Part shown: one piece after another, positions 42,643 through 52,606 of the stretch
Position numbering within the stretch: the stretch's first letter is position 1
Layout: the number at the start of each line of letters is the position of its first letter
Source of the DNA: Gemmatimonadota bacterium
Lineage (GTDB): Bacteria; Gemmatimonadota; Gemmatimonadetes; Palauibacterales; Palauibacteraceae
NCBI GenBank assembly: GCA_963666735.1
Contig: OY762926.1
Span: 3,912,541 to 3,976,540 of the forward strand
DNA length: 64,000 nucleotides
Reading direction: 5' to 3'
Notes under the pieces: generated by a model
What the model was told of the DNA's origin: nothing
The model's database searches: none
Seen by the model: the letters and a program-made list of their open reading frames with translations, nothing else
Made by a program: the position numbers and the translations under genes

Positions 42643-42787
42643 GCATCGACTCCGTTCGACGGGATTGCGGTTTGGACCCTTATGCTGTGAATGCTGTGGA
42701 CCGGATGATCGTACGTACGAGCGGTATAGTAGTGTCGGCTCGTAATCGCCACCAACCGTAATCGTCACCAACAAAAGGAAACGATTC

Positions 42788-43696
42788 TTGGGCAACCATC
42801 GGGACATCGCGCTGATCTCCGTCTCCATCGACCTCGGGGCCGGGCGCCGGGGCGTGGACATGGGCCCCTCCGCCCTTCGCATCGCAGGAATCAGCCGGGA
42901 GATCGAAGCCGTCGGGCACCGGGTCACCGAACTCGGCACGCTGACCGCCGGCGGGCTGGAGACCAGCGAGGCCGGCGAGAGCGAGCTGCGTTTTCTGGAT
43001 GAGGTCGCGGACGTCGCCGAGCGGACCCGGGCCCTGGTCCGCTCGGGTCTTGACCGGGGCTGCACGCCGCTCGTCCTGGGTGGCGACCACTCGCTCTCGA
43101 TCGGCTCCGTGGCGGCGGTCGCCGACCACTACCGCCCGCAGGGGGCGTCCATCGGCCTCATCTGGGTCGACGCCCACGCCGACATGAACCGTCCCCACAC
43201 CACGCCCAGCGGCAACATCCACGGGATGTCGCTTGCCGTCCTGCTGGGACACGGGGAGCCGAGGCTGACGCTCGGCCGGGCAAGCGTCCGCCCGGAGAAC
43301 GCGAGCGTCCTCGGCGCGCGGTCGCTGGATGCCGGCGAGAAGCGGCTCATCCGCGAGCTGGGCCTCCGCGTGTTCACGATGTCCGAGATCGACGAACGCG
43401 GCGTGGCGCCGTGCATGGACGAGGCGCTGGAGCGCGCCAATGCCGGGACTCGCGGCTACCACCTCTCCTTCGACCTCGACGCGCTCGATCCGCGGATCGC
43501 TCCGGGCGTGGGGACCCCGGTTCGCGGGGGACTGACCTACAGGGAAGGGCACCTCGTGTGCGAGAAGGCGTCCCGCTCCGGCCGGCTCCTCAGCCTGGAG
43601 CTCGTCGAACTCAACCCGGTCCTCGACGACCGCAACCAGACGGCCGAGTTGGGCGTCGGCCTCGTCGCCTCCGCGCTCGGCGCCACCATCCTGTAG
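42788..43696 (+). CDS. arginase/agmatinase-family ureohydrolase (arginase-like)
   Basis: GGDHSLSIG, DAHADMN and SGNIHGM manganese-binding motifs. Confidence 0.8.
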   Translation: MGNHRDIALISVSIDLGAGRRGVDMGPSALRIAGISREIEAVGHRVTELGTLTAGGLETSEAGESELRFLDEVADVAERTRALVRSGLDRGCTPLVLGGDHSLSIGSVAAVADHYRPQGASIGLIWVDAHADMNRPHTTPSGNIHGMSLAVLLGHGEPRLTLGRASVRPENASVLGARSLDAGEKRLIRELGLRVFTMSEIDERGVAPCMDEALERANAGTRGYHLSFDLDALDPRIAPGVGTPVRGGLTYREGHLVCEKASRSGRLLSLELVELNPVLDDRNQTAELGVGLVASALGATIL

Positions 43697-43796
43697 CCTG
43701 CATACGTTGCCCTGGACGCGAGCCGCCATTACGATGACCGCATCGACAGTCGTTGACATTGAGTCAATGTACATGCGATCCCGGAGGAACCCGGAC

Positions 43797-44018
43797 ATGG
43801 ATCAGATCACTGCGCGCGTCCCCCCTGCGATGGTCGAGGCCCTGGACGCTGCGGCATCAACGCTGAGGCGAAGCCGGGCGGATGTCGTTCGCCACGCCCT
43901 GGAGCGATACCTGGAAGATTTCGACGACCTGACGGTCGCCGTGGAGCGGCTGCGCGATCCCGGCGATCCCGTACTCGACTGGGATGAGGTCAGGGGTGGC
44001 CTACTCCGTTCGGATTAA
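43797..44018 (+). CDS. type II antitoxin, ribbon-helix-helix (RelB/ParD/CopG-like)
   Basis: A small acidic protein, MDQITARVPPAMVEALDAAA..., lying 5' of and overlapping a RelE/ParE-like ORF; GGAGGA RBS 8 nt upstream of ATG 43797. Confidence 0.6.
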   Translation: MDQITARVPPAMVEALDAAASTLRRSRADVVRHALERYLEDFDDLTVAVERLRDPGDPVLDWDEVRGGLLRSD

Positions 44019-44256
44019 GCGGAGCGCGGTCAAGGCGCTTGACCGGATTCCGCAGCGCGACCGCGTGCGCATCGTGGATGCCATCGACGGGCTGGGGGAG
44101 CATCCCCACGCGGGCAATCCCCTGAAGGGAGGTCTGCGCGGGCTTCGGCGCATCCGCGTTGGCGGTTACCGCGTAGTGTACGAGGTGCAGGATGCGGCGC
44201 TTGTCGTTCTCGTGGTACGGGTCGCACATCGCGGGACCGTCTACCGGCCCCTGTAA
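43984..44256 (+). CDS. type II toxin, RelE/ParE family
   Basis: ...NPLKGGLRGLRRIRVGGYRVVYEVQDAALVVLVVRVAHR matches the RelE/ParE C-terminal core; an alternative GTG start lies at 43996. Confidence 0.7.
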   Translation: MRSGVAYSVRIKRSAVKALDRIPQRDRVRIVDAIDGLGEHPHAGNPLKGGLRGLRRIRVGGYRVVYEVQDAALVVLVVRVAHRGTVYRPL

Positions 44257-44378
44257 GCTCCGTAATCCGGGATCCGTCGCAACCCCTTTCCGGCTGGCCG
44301 CTCCTTCGCGTATCTCCGATACTGACAGGTACCGACAGGTTCGACCCCGGGCCGGTCACGAAGCCGAAGGAGCGAAGG

Positions 44379-46457
44379 ATGAAGACGACGTTCGGATGCG
44401 CCGCCCTGTTGACAGCCATCGCCGCCGGAGCGCTCGCCGCGGACGCGGCGGCCCAGACCCGCCGGCTGTCGCTCGACCACTACATGGACATGGAGTCGGT
44501 CTCCAACCCCCGGATCTCGCCGAACGGATCGAAGATCGTCTACACCCGCGGCTGGGTGGACAAGGTCAACGACCGGCGCGAGTCGTCCCTTTACATGATG
44601 AACGCGGCCGGGAGCCGGAAGCGGGCGCTCGTCGACGGCGGCGGAGCGCGCTGGTCCCCCGACGGCACGCGCATCCTGTTCACGGCGGCGGGCGAGCCCT
44701 CCGGGAGCCAGATCTTCGTGCGCTGGATGGACGAAGAGGGCGCCACGACCCAGGTCACCCGCCTCGAGAACGGACCGTCCTCACCTCGCTGGTCGCCCGA
44801 TGGAGAGTGGATCGCCTTCACGAGCCGGGTGAACGACCGCGCGGACTTCGCCGGCGTGGACCTTCCCTCGCGGCCGGACGGAGCGACGTGGACCACCGGG
44901 CCGAAGATCGTCGAGCGCGCCGGCTACAAGCGCGACCGCCAGGGGTACGTCGACACCGGCTGGACGCATGTGTTCGTCGTCCCGGCGGACGGGGGCGCCG
45001 CCCGCCAGCTCACGACGGGGGACTGGAACCACGGCGGGATCGCCTGGAGCCCCGACGGGAGCGAGATCTACTTCTCCTCCTACCGGGCCGCCGACTGGGA
45101 CCGGCCCGAACACTGGCAGGAGTCCGAGATCTACGCGGTCTCCGTGGCCTCCGGCGCGATTCGCCAACTCACGGAACGGCGCGGCCCGGACGCGGGACCC
45201 GTGCCCTCGCCCGACGGCAGCCTCATCGCCTACAGCGCGGGGGACGAGCACCGCGACACCTACCGGAACAGCAGAATCCACGTCATGAACCGCGACGGGT
45301 CCGGCTCGCGGCTCATCTCCGGAGACTATGACCGGCAGTCCGGCGGCTTCCAGTGGGCGCCCGACGGGAGCGGCCTCTACTTCAACGTGAGCCGGGAAGG
45401 GTACCGGCAGCTCCACTTCGTCTCCGTCGATGGCGGCGTAACGCAGCTCACGGACGGGGCGCATCTCTTCTCCCTCTCCTCCTTCGCGGAGGACGGCACC
45501 GCGGTGGGCACGATCGCCGCGGACCACCAGCCCGGCGACCTCTATCGGTTCTCCCTCTCGACCCCGGGCGAGGTCACCCGCCTGACGGAGGTCAACGCGG
45601 ACGTGCTCCGCGGCCTGACCCTCGGCGAGGTGGAGGAGGTCTGGTACGAGTCGACCGACGGCTTCCGGATCCAGGGCTGGATCGTGAAGCCGCCCGACTT
45701 CGATCCGGATCGCAAGTATCCGCTCATGCTCGCCATCCACGGCGGACCGCACGGCATGTACAACGGCGGGTTCAACTTCGCCTTCCAGGAGCACGCCTCG
45801 AACGACTACGTCGTCCTCTACACGAACCCGCGGGGAAGCACGGGATACGGGACGGAGTTCGCGAACGCGATCAACCACGACTATCCGGGCGCGGATTTTC
45901 CCGACCTCATGGGCGGCGTCGACGAGATGGTGCGCCGCGGCTACGTCGACGAGGACAACCTGTTCGTGTACGGGTGCTCGGGCGGCGGCATCCTCACCTC
46001 GTATATCGTGGGGAACACGGACCGCTTCCGGGCCGCCTCCGCGAACTGTCCGATCGTGAACTGGATGTCCGCGATGGGGACGTCCGACGCCATCGGCTAC
46101 CTGCGCACCTTCGAGAAGCCCTTCTGGGAAGATCCGGAGGAGTGGATGGACCGGTCGTCCATCTTCTACGTGGGGAACGTGACGACGCCGACGATGCTGA
46201 TGACGGGGGAGATGGACCTGCGGACGCCGATGGGCCAGACCGAGGAGTTCTACCAGGCGCTTCACTATGAGGGCGTGCCGACGGTCATGGTGCGCTTCGA
46301 GGGGGAGTGGCACGGGACGAGTTCGCGCCCGTCGAATTTCCTGCGCACGCAGCTCTACCTGAGGAAGTGGTTCGAGCAGTGGGGGACGCAGCGCGCGTCG
46401 GTGACGACGGAGGATGGGGACGACGGGGGGGACGACGGGGAGGGCGACGGCTCTTGA
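44379..46457 (+). CDS. S9-family serine peptidase (prolyl oligopeptidase/acylaminoacyl peptidase-like) with N-terminal PD40 propeller
   Basis: Signal peptide; SPDG repeats; C-terminal GCSGGG nucleophile elbow and D/H triad region. Confidence 0.85.
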   Translation: MKTTFGCAALLTAIAAGALAADAAAQTRRLSLDHYMDMESVSNPRISPNGSKIVYTRGWVDKVNDRRESSLYMMNAAGSRKRALVDGGGARWSPDGTRILFTAAGEPSGSQIFVRWMDEEGATTQVTRLENGPSSPRWSPDGEWIAFTSRVNDRADFAGVDLPSRPDGATWTTGPKIVERAGYKRDRQGYVDTGWTHVFVVPADGGAARQLTTGDWNHGGIAWSPDGSEIYFSSYRAADWDRPEHWQESEIYAVSVASGAIRQLTERRGPDAGPVPSPDGSLIAYSAGDEHRDTYRNSRIHVMNRDGSGSRLISGDYDRQSGGFQWAPDGSGLYFNVSREGYRQLHFVSVDGGVTQLTDGAHLFSLSSFAEDGTAVGTIAADHQPGDLYRFSLSTPGEVTRLTEVNADVLRGLTLGEVEEVWYESTDGFRIQGWIVKPPDFDPDRKYPLMLAIHGGPHGMYNGGFNFAFQEHASNDYVVLYTNPRGSTGYGTEFANAINHDYPGADFPDLMGGVDEMVRRGYVDEDNLFVYGCSGGGILTSYIVGNTDRFRAASANCPIVNWMSAMGTSDAIGYLRTFEKPFWEDPEEWMDRSSIFYVGNVTTPTMLMTGEMDLRTPMGQTEEFYQALHYEGVPTVMVRFEGEWHGTSSRPSNFLRTQLYLRKWFEQWGTQRASVTTEDGDDGGDDGEGDGS

Positions 46458-47299
46458 GCGTTCCCGGAGGCACGGCGCCCGCCGCGGCCCCCGTCGCGGG
46501 CGCCGGATCGCGGATCGGGGGCGCGTTCGAGGGTCGTGAAGGGGGGGCGGCGTTCATCCCCTTTCTGTCGAGCGGGTTTCCGAGACCGGCGGACACCCCG
46601 CGGCTGCTCGAGCGGCTGGCGGGGGATGGCGCCGACATCATCGAACTCGGGATCCCGTTCAGCGACCCGCTCGCGGACGGGCCGACGATCCAGGCCGCGA
46701 GCTGGCGCGCGCTGGAGCAGGGCGTGACGGTCGAATCCACCCTGGAGCAGTTGGCCGGGATATCGGCCGACCTGCCGCCCGTCGTCGTCTTCTCCTACCT
46801 GAATCCGATCCTCCGCATGGGAGTGGAACGTTTCCTGGCGCGGGCGGAGGCCGCGGGGGCGGCGGGACTCCTCGTCACCGACCTTCCCGTGGGTTCGCAT
46901 CCGGAGCTGGAGCGGCGGTTGGCCGCCGGTCCGCTCGACCTCATCCCCCTCGCGGCCCCCACCACGCCGCGCGACCGCCTCGAGACCATCCTCGGCCACG
47001 CCTCGGGGTTCCTCTACTACATCTCCCGCCTCGGCGTGACGGGCGCGCGGAAGGCGCTGAACGCCGCGCTCGACGACCAGGTGAAACGGCTGCGCAAGAC
47101 GGTGCGCCTGCCGGTGGCCGTGGGGTTCGGGATCTCCACCCCGGAGCAGGCGGCGGCGGTCGCGGGCATGGCGGACGGCGTCGTCGTGGGGTCCGCGCTC
47201 ATCGCGGCGCTGGGCCGCGGCGAGGCCGCGTTCGGAGAGCTGTCCGCCGCGCTCGCCGCGGCCGTCCACCGCGACATCTTGAACGGAGCAGCCCGATGA
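46454..47299 (+). CDS. trpA: tryptophan synthase alpha chain
   Basis: AFIPFLSSGFP, ELGIPFSDPLADGP and GFGIS motifs. The start is uncertain: the only in-frame candidate after the upstream stop is the TTG at 46454, which overlaps the S9 peptidase TGA. Confidence 0.8.
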   Translation: MSVPGGTAPAAAPVAGAGSRIGGAFEGREGGAAFIPFLSSGFPRPADTPRLLERLAGDGADIIELGIPFSDPLADGPTIQAASWRALEQGVTVESTLEQLAGISADLPPVVVFSYLNPILRMGVERFLARAEAAGAAGLLVTDLPVGSHPELERRLAAGPLDLIPLAAPTTPRDRLETILGHASGFLYYISRLGVTGARKALNAALDDQVKRLRKTVRLPVAVGFGISTPEQAAAVAGMADGVVVGSALIAALGRGEAAFGELSAALAAAVHRDILNGAAR

Positions 47300-49722
47300 C
47301 GCCCACGAAGCCTGCCGCGATGATGATGATGATGAGACGGACTTTCGGGGTCGTGTTCGGGGCCGTTGCCGCGTGCGCGCCGGTGGCGGCGCAGGACGGC
47401 TTCGGTGCGGCGGTATGGGCGCCGGCGGCGGACGAGATCCTCGTCCTCAAGCCGGGGTTCGGTCGCGGGCCCGCGTCGGTGCTCGTGTTCGGGAAGGGCG
47501 ACTCCGGCTGGTCGCAGGTCCAGGAAGTGTGGTCGGCGGGTTCGCTGCTCGGCGAGTCGTTCGGCCGGACGATGGCGCCCGTGGAGGGCGGGTTCCTCGC
47601 CGCGAGCGGGGATCCGCAAGTGATGATCGGCGCGTACGGGTTCGCGCGCGGGGCGGACGGCGCCTGGGCGGAGTCGGGTGCCCTGCCGCTCCGCGCCGAG
47701 GCCGCCGCCGCGCCCGAAGAGATGAGCATGGGCCGCGTGATGGCGATCCTCCAGCCGCCCGCGCGCGTCGTCGCCGCGGACGGGGGCGTGGCGCTCGTCT
47801 CGGCGCCGGCCGGGCAGGGCGCCGGGACCGCGGTTCGGGTCTACGAGCGGGGGGCGGACGGCGCGTGGAGCGCGGCGGGCTTGCTGGAAGCCGAAGACCT
47901 CCGGGCCAACGCGCGCTACGGGGCGGCGATGGCGGTACGTGGCGGGTTCGCGGCGGTCGGGGCACCGGGGCAGGGAAGTTCGGGCACGGTGTACCTGTTC
48001 GCGCGCGGGGCGGACGGCGCGTGGAGCCGTGAGGTGGCGCTCGAGGCGCCCGCGCTCGGCCGGAGCACAGGGTTGGGCGCCAGCGTCCTCTTCACCGGCG
48101 ATGGCGAACTCGCCTTGGGCGCGCCCTCCGCGGAGGGGTCGGCCGGCCGCGTGGTGCTCTTCGCCCGGGAGGCGGGGGGCGACTGGGCCGAGGCGGCAAC
48201 GTTACTCCCGGAAGCTTCGGGACCGGGCCAGCGTTTCGGGACCGCGCTCGCCGCCGCCGGAGACGAACTGATCGTCGGGGCGCCCGGCGCGGCGGACGGC
48301 CGGGGCCGGGTCGACGCTTTCACCCGCGTGGACGCGGACGGTGAGTGGCGCGCCGGCCGTTCCTTCTCGCCCGAGGACGCCGCCCTCGTCGCGGGTTTCG
48401 GATCCGCCCTCGCCCTCCGCCCCGCCCTCGCCGTGGTCGGCAGCCCCGCGTCCGAAGGGAGCGGGGGGCTCGCCGCCGTGTACGAAGCGGCGGAGGACGG
48501 CTCCTGGTCGGAGCCGGTCTGGCTGCGGCCCGGGATTCCGCCCGCGGCGGTGACGTCGGCCGAGGTGCGCTGCGAGGGCGACCGCGCCGCGGGCTTCGAC
48601 TGCGCGGATGTCGACCTCCAGGCATACCTCCCCCTCGCCTCCATCGGCGCCGAACCCGGGGAGCGGGTGAGCGACGCCTGGGGCTGGACCGACCCCGAGA
48701 CGGGCCGCGAGTACGGCCTCGTGGGCCGCTCCGGCGGGGCTGCGGCCGTCGACGTCACCGACGCCGTCAACCCCGTGTATCTCGGCGTCATCCCCGCGAA
48801 CCGCAGCGGCGCCCGCGACCTCAAGGTCTACGCCGACCACCTCTTCTTCACCGGGGACGGGGCCGGCGCCCACGGCCTCGTCGTCTTCGATCTCACCCGC
48901 CTGCGCGACGTGGCGAATCCCCCCGTGGAATTCGCGCCCGACCTCCGCTGGGACGGGATCGGGAGCGCCCACAACCTGATCATCGACACCGGCGCGGGCA
49001 CCGCCTTCACCGTCTCCACGAGCGGAGACGGGCATACCTGCGGCGGCGGTCTCGTGATGATCGATATTCGCCAGCCGCTCGCGCCCGAGTTCGCCGGCTG
49101 CTACACGGACACCGAAGGGCTCATCTTCCAGGGGCGGACGCACGATGCGCAGTGCCTCGTGTACGACGGGCCCGACATGGACTACCGCGGCCGGGAACTG
49201 TGCTTCGCGTCGAACGAGACCGCGCTCCGGATCGTCGACGTCACGGACAAGTCGAACCCGCGCCCGATCTCGGCCGCCGCGTACCCCGGCGTCGCCTACA
49301 TCCACCAGGGGTGGCTGAGCGATGACCGGCGCCACTTCTACCTGGACGACGAACTCGACGAACTCGTCGGCACGACGGACCGAACGAAGACGATCGTGTG
49401 GGACGTGACGGATCTCGATGACCCCGTCGTGATCGCGGACTACTACGGACCCAACAACGCGACGGACCACAATCTCTACGTGAAGGGCGACCGGATGTAC
49501 CAGGCCAACTACCAGGCCGGCTTCCGCGTCATCGACATCAGCGACCCCGAGAACCTGCGGGAGGTCGGGCACTTCGACACGACACCGTACGGAGCCGATC
49601 CTCCCGGCTTCAACGGGGCGTGGACCGCGTTCCCCTACTTCGAGAGCGGGACCGTGCTCGTGACGAGCATGCTGGAGGGCGTCTTCCTTCTCAAGCCGAG
49701 GCGGACCGAACTCGTCCCCTGA
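47296..49722 (+). CDS. secreted protein with FG-GAP-like repeats (integrin-alpha-type propeller) and a C-terminal LVIVD-repeat (choice-of-anchor-B-like) domain
   Basis: Repeated ...GAP.../YGAA/FG motifs in the N-terminal half; C-terminal VDVTD / RIVDVTD / RVIDISD repeats. Start uncertain: it may be within the (ATG)5 run at 47320..47334, giving the signal peptide MRRTFGVVFGAVAACAPVAA. Confidence 0.6.
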   Translation: MTPTKPAAMMMMMRRTFGVVFGAVAACAPVAAQDGFGAAVWAPAADEILVLKPGFGRGPASVLVFGKGDSGWSQVQEVWSAGSLLGESFGRTMAPVEGGFLAASGDPQVMIGAYGFARGADGAWAESGALPLRAEAAAAPEEMSMGRVMAILQPPARVVAADGGVALVSAPAGQGAGTAVRVYERGADGAWSAAGLLEAEDLRANARYGAAMAVRGGFAAVGAPGQGSSGTVYLFARGADGAWSREVALEAPALGRSTGLGASVLFTGDGELALGAPSAEGSAGRVVLFAREAGGDWAEAATLLPEASGPGQRFGTALAAAGDELIVGAPGAADGRGRVDAFTRVDADGEWRAGRSFSPEDAALVAGFGSALALRPALAVVGSPASEGSGGLAAVYEAAEDGSWSEPVWLRPGIPPAAVTSAEVRCEGDRAAGFDCADVDLQAYLPLASIGAEPGERVSDAWGWTDPETGREYGLVGRSGGAAAVDVTDAVNPVYLGVIPANRSGARDLKVYADHLFFTGDGAGAHGLVVFDLTRLRDVANPPVEFAPDLRWDGIGSAHNLIIDTGAGTAFTVSTSGDGHTCGGGLVMIDIRQPLAPEFAGCYTDTEGLIFQGRTHDAQCLVYDGPDMDYRGRELCFASNETALRIVDVTDKSNPRPISAAAYPGVAYIHQGWLSDDRRHFYLDDELDELVGTTDRTKTIVWDVTDLDDPVVIADYYGPNNATDHNLYVKGDRMYQANYQAGFRVIDISDPENLREVGHFDTTPYGADPPGFNGAWTAFPYFESGTVLVTSMLEGVFLLKPRRTELVP

Positions 49723-49774
49723 CGGCGGACCCACTGCCGATGGCGGACCCACTGCCGATGGCGGATCCACTGCG
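49723..49774. repeat. tandem repeat, 18-bp unit GATGGCGGACCCACTGCC x about 3, immediately upstream of the CDGSH gene
   Basis: tgacggcggacccactgcc gatggcggacccactgcc gatggcggatccactgcg. Confidence 0.8.
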
Positions 49775-49780
49775 AATCAA

Positions 49781-50260
49781 ATGGGAGATCAGATGACGGC
49801 AAGAGGATGCATCGTTCACTGCGGCGGGGACGGCCCGCTCCTCGTTCGAAGTCCGCTCCTCGTGCGCATGCCGGGTGAGGAAGACGGAATCGCGAAGCCG
49901 AAGGCCGCCCTGTGCCGGTGCGGGAAGTCCGCGAACAAGCCGTTCTGTGACGGGGCGCACCGCGACATCGAATTCCGGGCCTCCGGACCGATCGACACGA
50001 CCCGCGCGACGTCCGAGTCGGAGCCGACGTTCGGGGAGGAGGCCGGAGGAGCGGCAGGAGAACCGGCAGGGGAAGCCGTCGTCACGGCGCACGCAAACGG
50101 TCCGTTGCACTTCGATGGCGTCGTGGAAATGAGCGGCGAGGGGCACGAGGGATCCGCCCGCTTCCTGCAGCCGTGGCTGTGCCGCTGCGGCGCCTCGAAG
50201 AACAAGCCGTTCTGCGACGGGTCCCACAAGGAGATCGAGTTCGAGGCGGAGGGCCTCTAG
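49781..50260 (+). CDS. CDGSH iron-sulfur domain protein (two CDGSH-type zinc-finger domains)
   Basis: Two copies of CRCG(K/A)SxNKPFCDG(A/S)H. Confidence 0.85.
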   Translation: MGDQMTARGCIVHCGGDGPLLVRSPLLVRMPGEEDGIAKPKAALCRCGKSANKPFCDGAHRDIEFRASGPIDTTRATSESEPTFGEEAGGAAGEPAGEAVVTAHANGPLHFDGVVEMSGEGHEGSARFLQPWLCRCGASKNKPFCDGSHKEIEFEAEGL

Positions 50261-50263
50261 GGC

Positions 50264-52606
50264 GTGGCCGGTCCGGGCTCGACCATCGAGCGGGGATCGC
50301 TTGCCGAACCGGGGTCGCTCGCCTTTTTTCCGCTCCTCTACATCGCGTGGGCCGACGGGGAACTCGCGGTCGAAGAACTGAAACTGCTGCGCGGACACCT
50401 GCGCGAGGCCGGGGTGCGCGAGGGAGCCCTCGCCGAGTGGTTCGACCCCGAAGCGCCACCGTCGGCGGAGCGGCTCCTCCACCTCCTCGATGACGTGCGG
50501 CGGCGGGCGGCGGAGGTCTCGCCCGAGCGAAGGCGATCTCTCACGGAACTCGGCATCGCGATTGCGGAGGCCGGCGGCAAACACCCGACGCCCGAAGAGC
50601 GTGCGGCCATCCTCCGCATCGAGGAGGCGCTGGGCCTGGGCGGTCCGGACGCGGTGGCGACGCTGTTCGATCCGGCGCGGCCGATCGCGCCGCTTCCCGG
50701 CGTCCAGCCCCGGTTCGATCCGGCGGCGATGGCGCGTTTCCTCGGAGGTCCGGCTCCGGAGACCCGGAAACGCGTGTGTGCGCTCCTTGCGGACGACCGG
50801 TTCGAGACGGCGGCCGGTCTCTCGACGGCCGACTACCGCGCCCAGGTCTCGGCGTGGTGCCGGGCGCTGGCCGACGAGGGACTCGGGGCCCTCGGCTACC
50901 CCGCGGAGTTCGGGGGCGGGAACGATCCCGCGGCCTTCATCGCCACCTTCGAGACGCTCGCCTTCTTCGACCTCAGCCTGCTCACGAAGTTCGGCGTCCA
51001 GTTCGGGCTCTTCGGCGGCAGCATCCACCAGCTCGGGTCCCGGCGACACCACGAGAAATACCTGAGAGATGCGGGGACGCTGGCGCTCCCGGGGTGTTTC
51101 GCGATGAGCGAGACGCTGCACGGGTCCAACGTCTACGACATTCAGACGACGGCGATCTACGACTCCGGGACGCGGGAGCTCGAGGTCCATACCCCGGTTC
51201 CGGGGGCGCGCAAGGACTACATCGGGAACGCCGCGCGGGACGGCCGGCTCGCCACGGTGTTCGCGCAACTGGAGGTCGAAGGGGAAGGGCGCGGCGTGCA
51301 CGCGATCCTCGTCCCCATCCGCGGCGAAGACGGGGAGACGCTGCCCGGGGTGACGATCGAGGACTGCGGCGAAAAGCTCGGCCTGAATGGCGTGGACAAC
51401 GGACGCCTCTATTTCGATCGTGTGCGCGTGCCGCGCGACAACCTCCTCGACCGCTTCGGGTCGATCGACGACGAGGGGGTCTATCGGAGTCCGATCGCGA
51501 GCCCGGCCCGGCGCTTCTTCACCATGCTCGGCACCCTGGTGAGCGGCCGCGTGGCCGTGGGCAGCGCGGCGCTCGGCGCGACGAAGGTCGCCCTCGCGAT
51601 CGCGGTCCGGTACGGGGCCCGACGTCGGCAGTTCGGGCCGCCCGGCGAGGCCGAGCGCATTCTGCTCGACTATCCCGCCCATCAGCGGCGCCTCCTCCCG
51701 CGCCTTGCCACGACGTACGCGCTCAACTTCGCGCTCCACGACCTGCAGGCGGAGTACCTGGCCTCGGCCACCGCGGCAGCGGAAGCGGGGGGCTCCGGCG
51801 AGCCGGAGACTGCGGGCGCGGCGGACCGGCGTCGGCTCGAGGCGGCCGCGGCCGGACTCAAGGCCTGCGCCACGTGGCATGCGACGGACACCATCCAGGC
51901 GTGCCGCGAGTCGTGCGGGGGGCGCGGCTACCTCGCGAACAACCGCTTCGCGGCGCTCAAGGCGGACAGCGACGTGTTCACGACCTTCGAGGGGGACAAC
52001 ACCGTCCTCATGCAGCTTGTGGCGAAGGATCTCCTCACGGGCTTTCGCCAGCAGTTCGGGGATCTCGGCGCGCTCGGCCTCGCGCGCTTCGCCGCTGGCC
52101 GCGCCCGCCGCGCCATCGCCGAGCGCAACTGGCTCATCTCACGGAAGACGAGCGAGGCGCACCTCCGTGACCCGGCGTTCCACGACGCGATTCTCGACGC
52201 CCGCCGCTCGGACCTCGTTCTGTCGCTTGCCCGGCGAGTCCGGCACCGGGTCGCGCGCGGGATGACGTCTTTCGATGCCCTCACCGATTGCCAGCATCAC
52301 GCGCTCACGGCCGCCCGGGCCCACGTCGAGTGCGAAGTCCTGCGCTCGATGGTCGCGGCCGAGCGGCGGACGCCGAGTTCGGGCGTCGCCGAGTGGCTCG
52401 AGCGTCTGCGCTCCCTCTACGCGCTGGCCACGATCGAGCGCGAGGCGGCGTGGTTCCTGGAGCAGGGCTATCTGGATCCGCCCAAGAGCAAGGCCATCCG
52501 CCGCGCGGTGACCGCGCTCTGCGCCGAAATCCGTCCCCAGGCCATCCCCCTCGTCGACGCGTTCGACGTCCCCCGATCCTGTCTCGAGGGCTCGATCGGC
52601 CTCTGA
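50264..52606 (+). CDS. acyl-CoA oxidase/dehydrogenase-family protein with an N-terminal TerB-like (DjlA-N-like) domain of about 125 aa
   Basis: N-terminus YIAWADGELAVEELKLLRGHL...PEERAAILRIEEALGL (two-repeat TerB-like); then the ACOX-type N, middle (CFAMSETLHGSNV) and C domains. Confidence 0.7.
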   Translation: MAGPGSTIERGSLAEPGSLAFFPLLYIAWADGELAVEELKLLRGHLREAGVREGALAEWFDPEAPPSAERLLHLLDDVRRRAAEVSPERRRSLTELGIAIAEAGGKHPTPEERAAILRIEEALGLGGPDAVATLFDPARPIAPLPGVQPRFDPAAMARFLGGPAPETRKRVCALLADDRFETAAGLSTADYRAQVSAWCRALADEGLGALGYPAEFGGGNDPAAFIATFETLAFFDLSLLTKFGVQFGLFGGSIHQLGSRRHHEKYLRDAGTLALPGCFAMSETLHGSNVYDIQTTAIYDSGTRELEVHTPVPGARKDYIGNAARDGRLATVFAQLEVEGEGRGVHAILVPIRGEDGETLPGVTIEDCGEKLGLNGVDNGRLYFDRVRVPRDNLLDRFGSIDDEGVYRSPIASPARRFFTMLGTLVSGRVAVGSAALGATKVALAIAVRYGARRRQFGPPGEAERILLDYPAHQRRLLPRLATTYALNFALHDLQAEYLASATAAAEAGGSGEPETAGAADRRRLEAAAAGLKACATWHATDTIQACRESCGGRGYLANNRFAALKADSDVFTTFEGDNTVLMQLVAKDLLTGFRQQFGDLGALGLARFAAGRARRAIAERNWLISRKTSEAHLRDPAFHDAILDARRSDLVLSLARRVRHRVARGMTSFDALTDCQHHALTAARAHVECEVLRSMVAAERRTPSSGVAEWLERLRSLYALATIEREAAWFLEQGYLDPPKSKAIRRAVTALCAEIRPQAIPLVDAFDVPRSCLEGSIGL

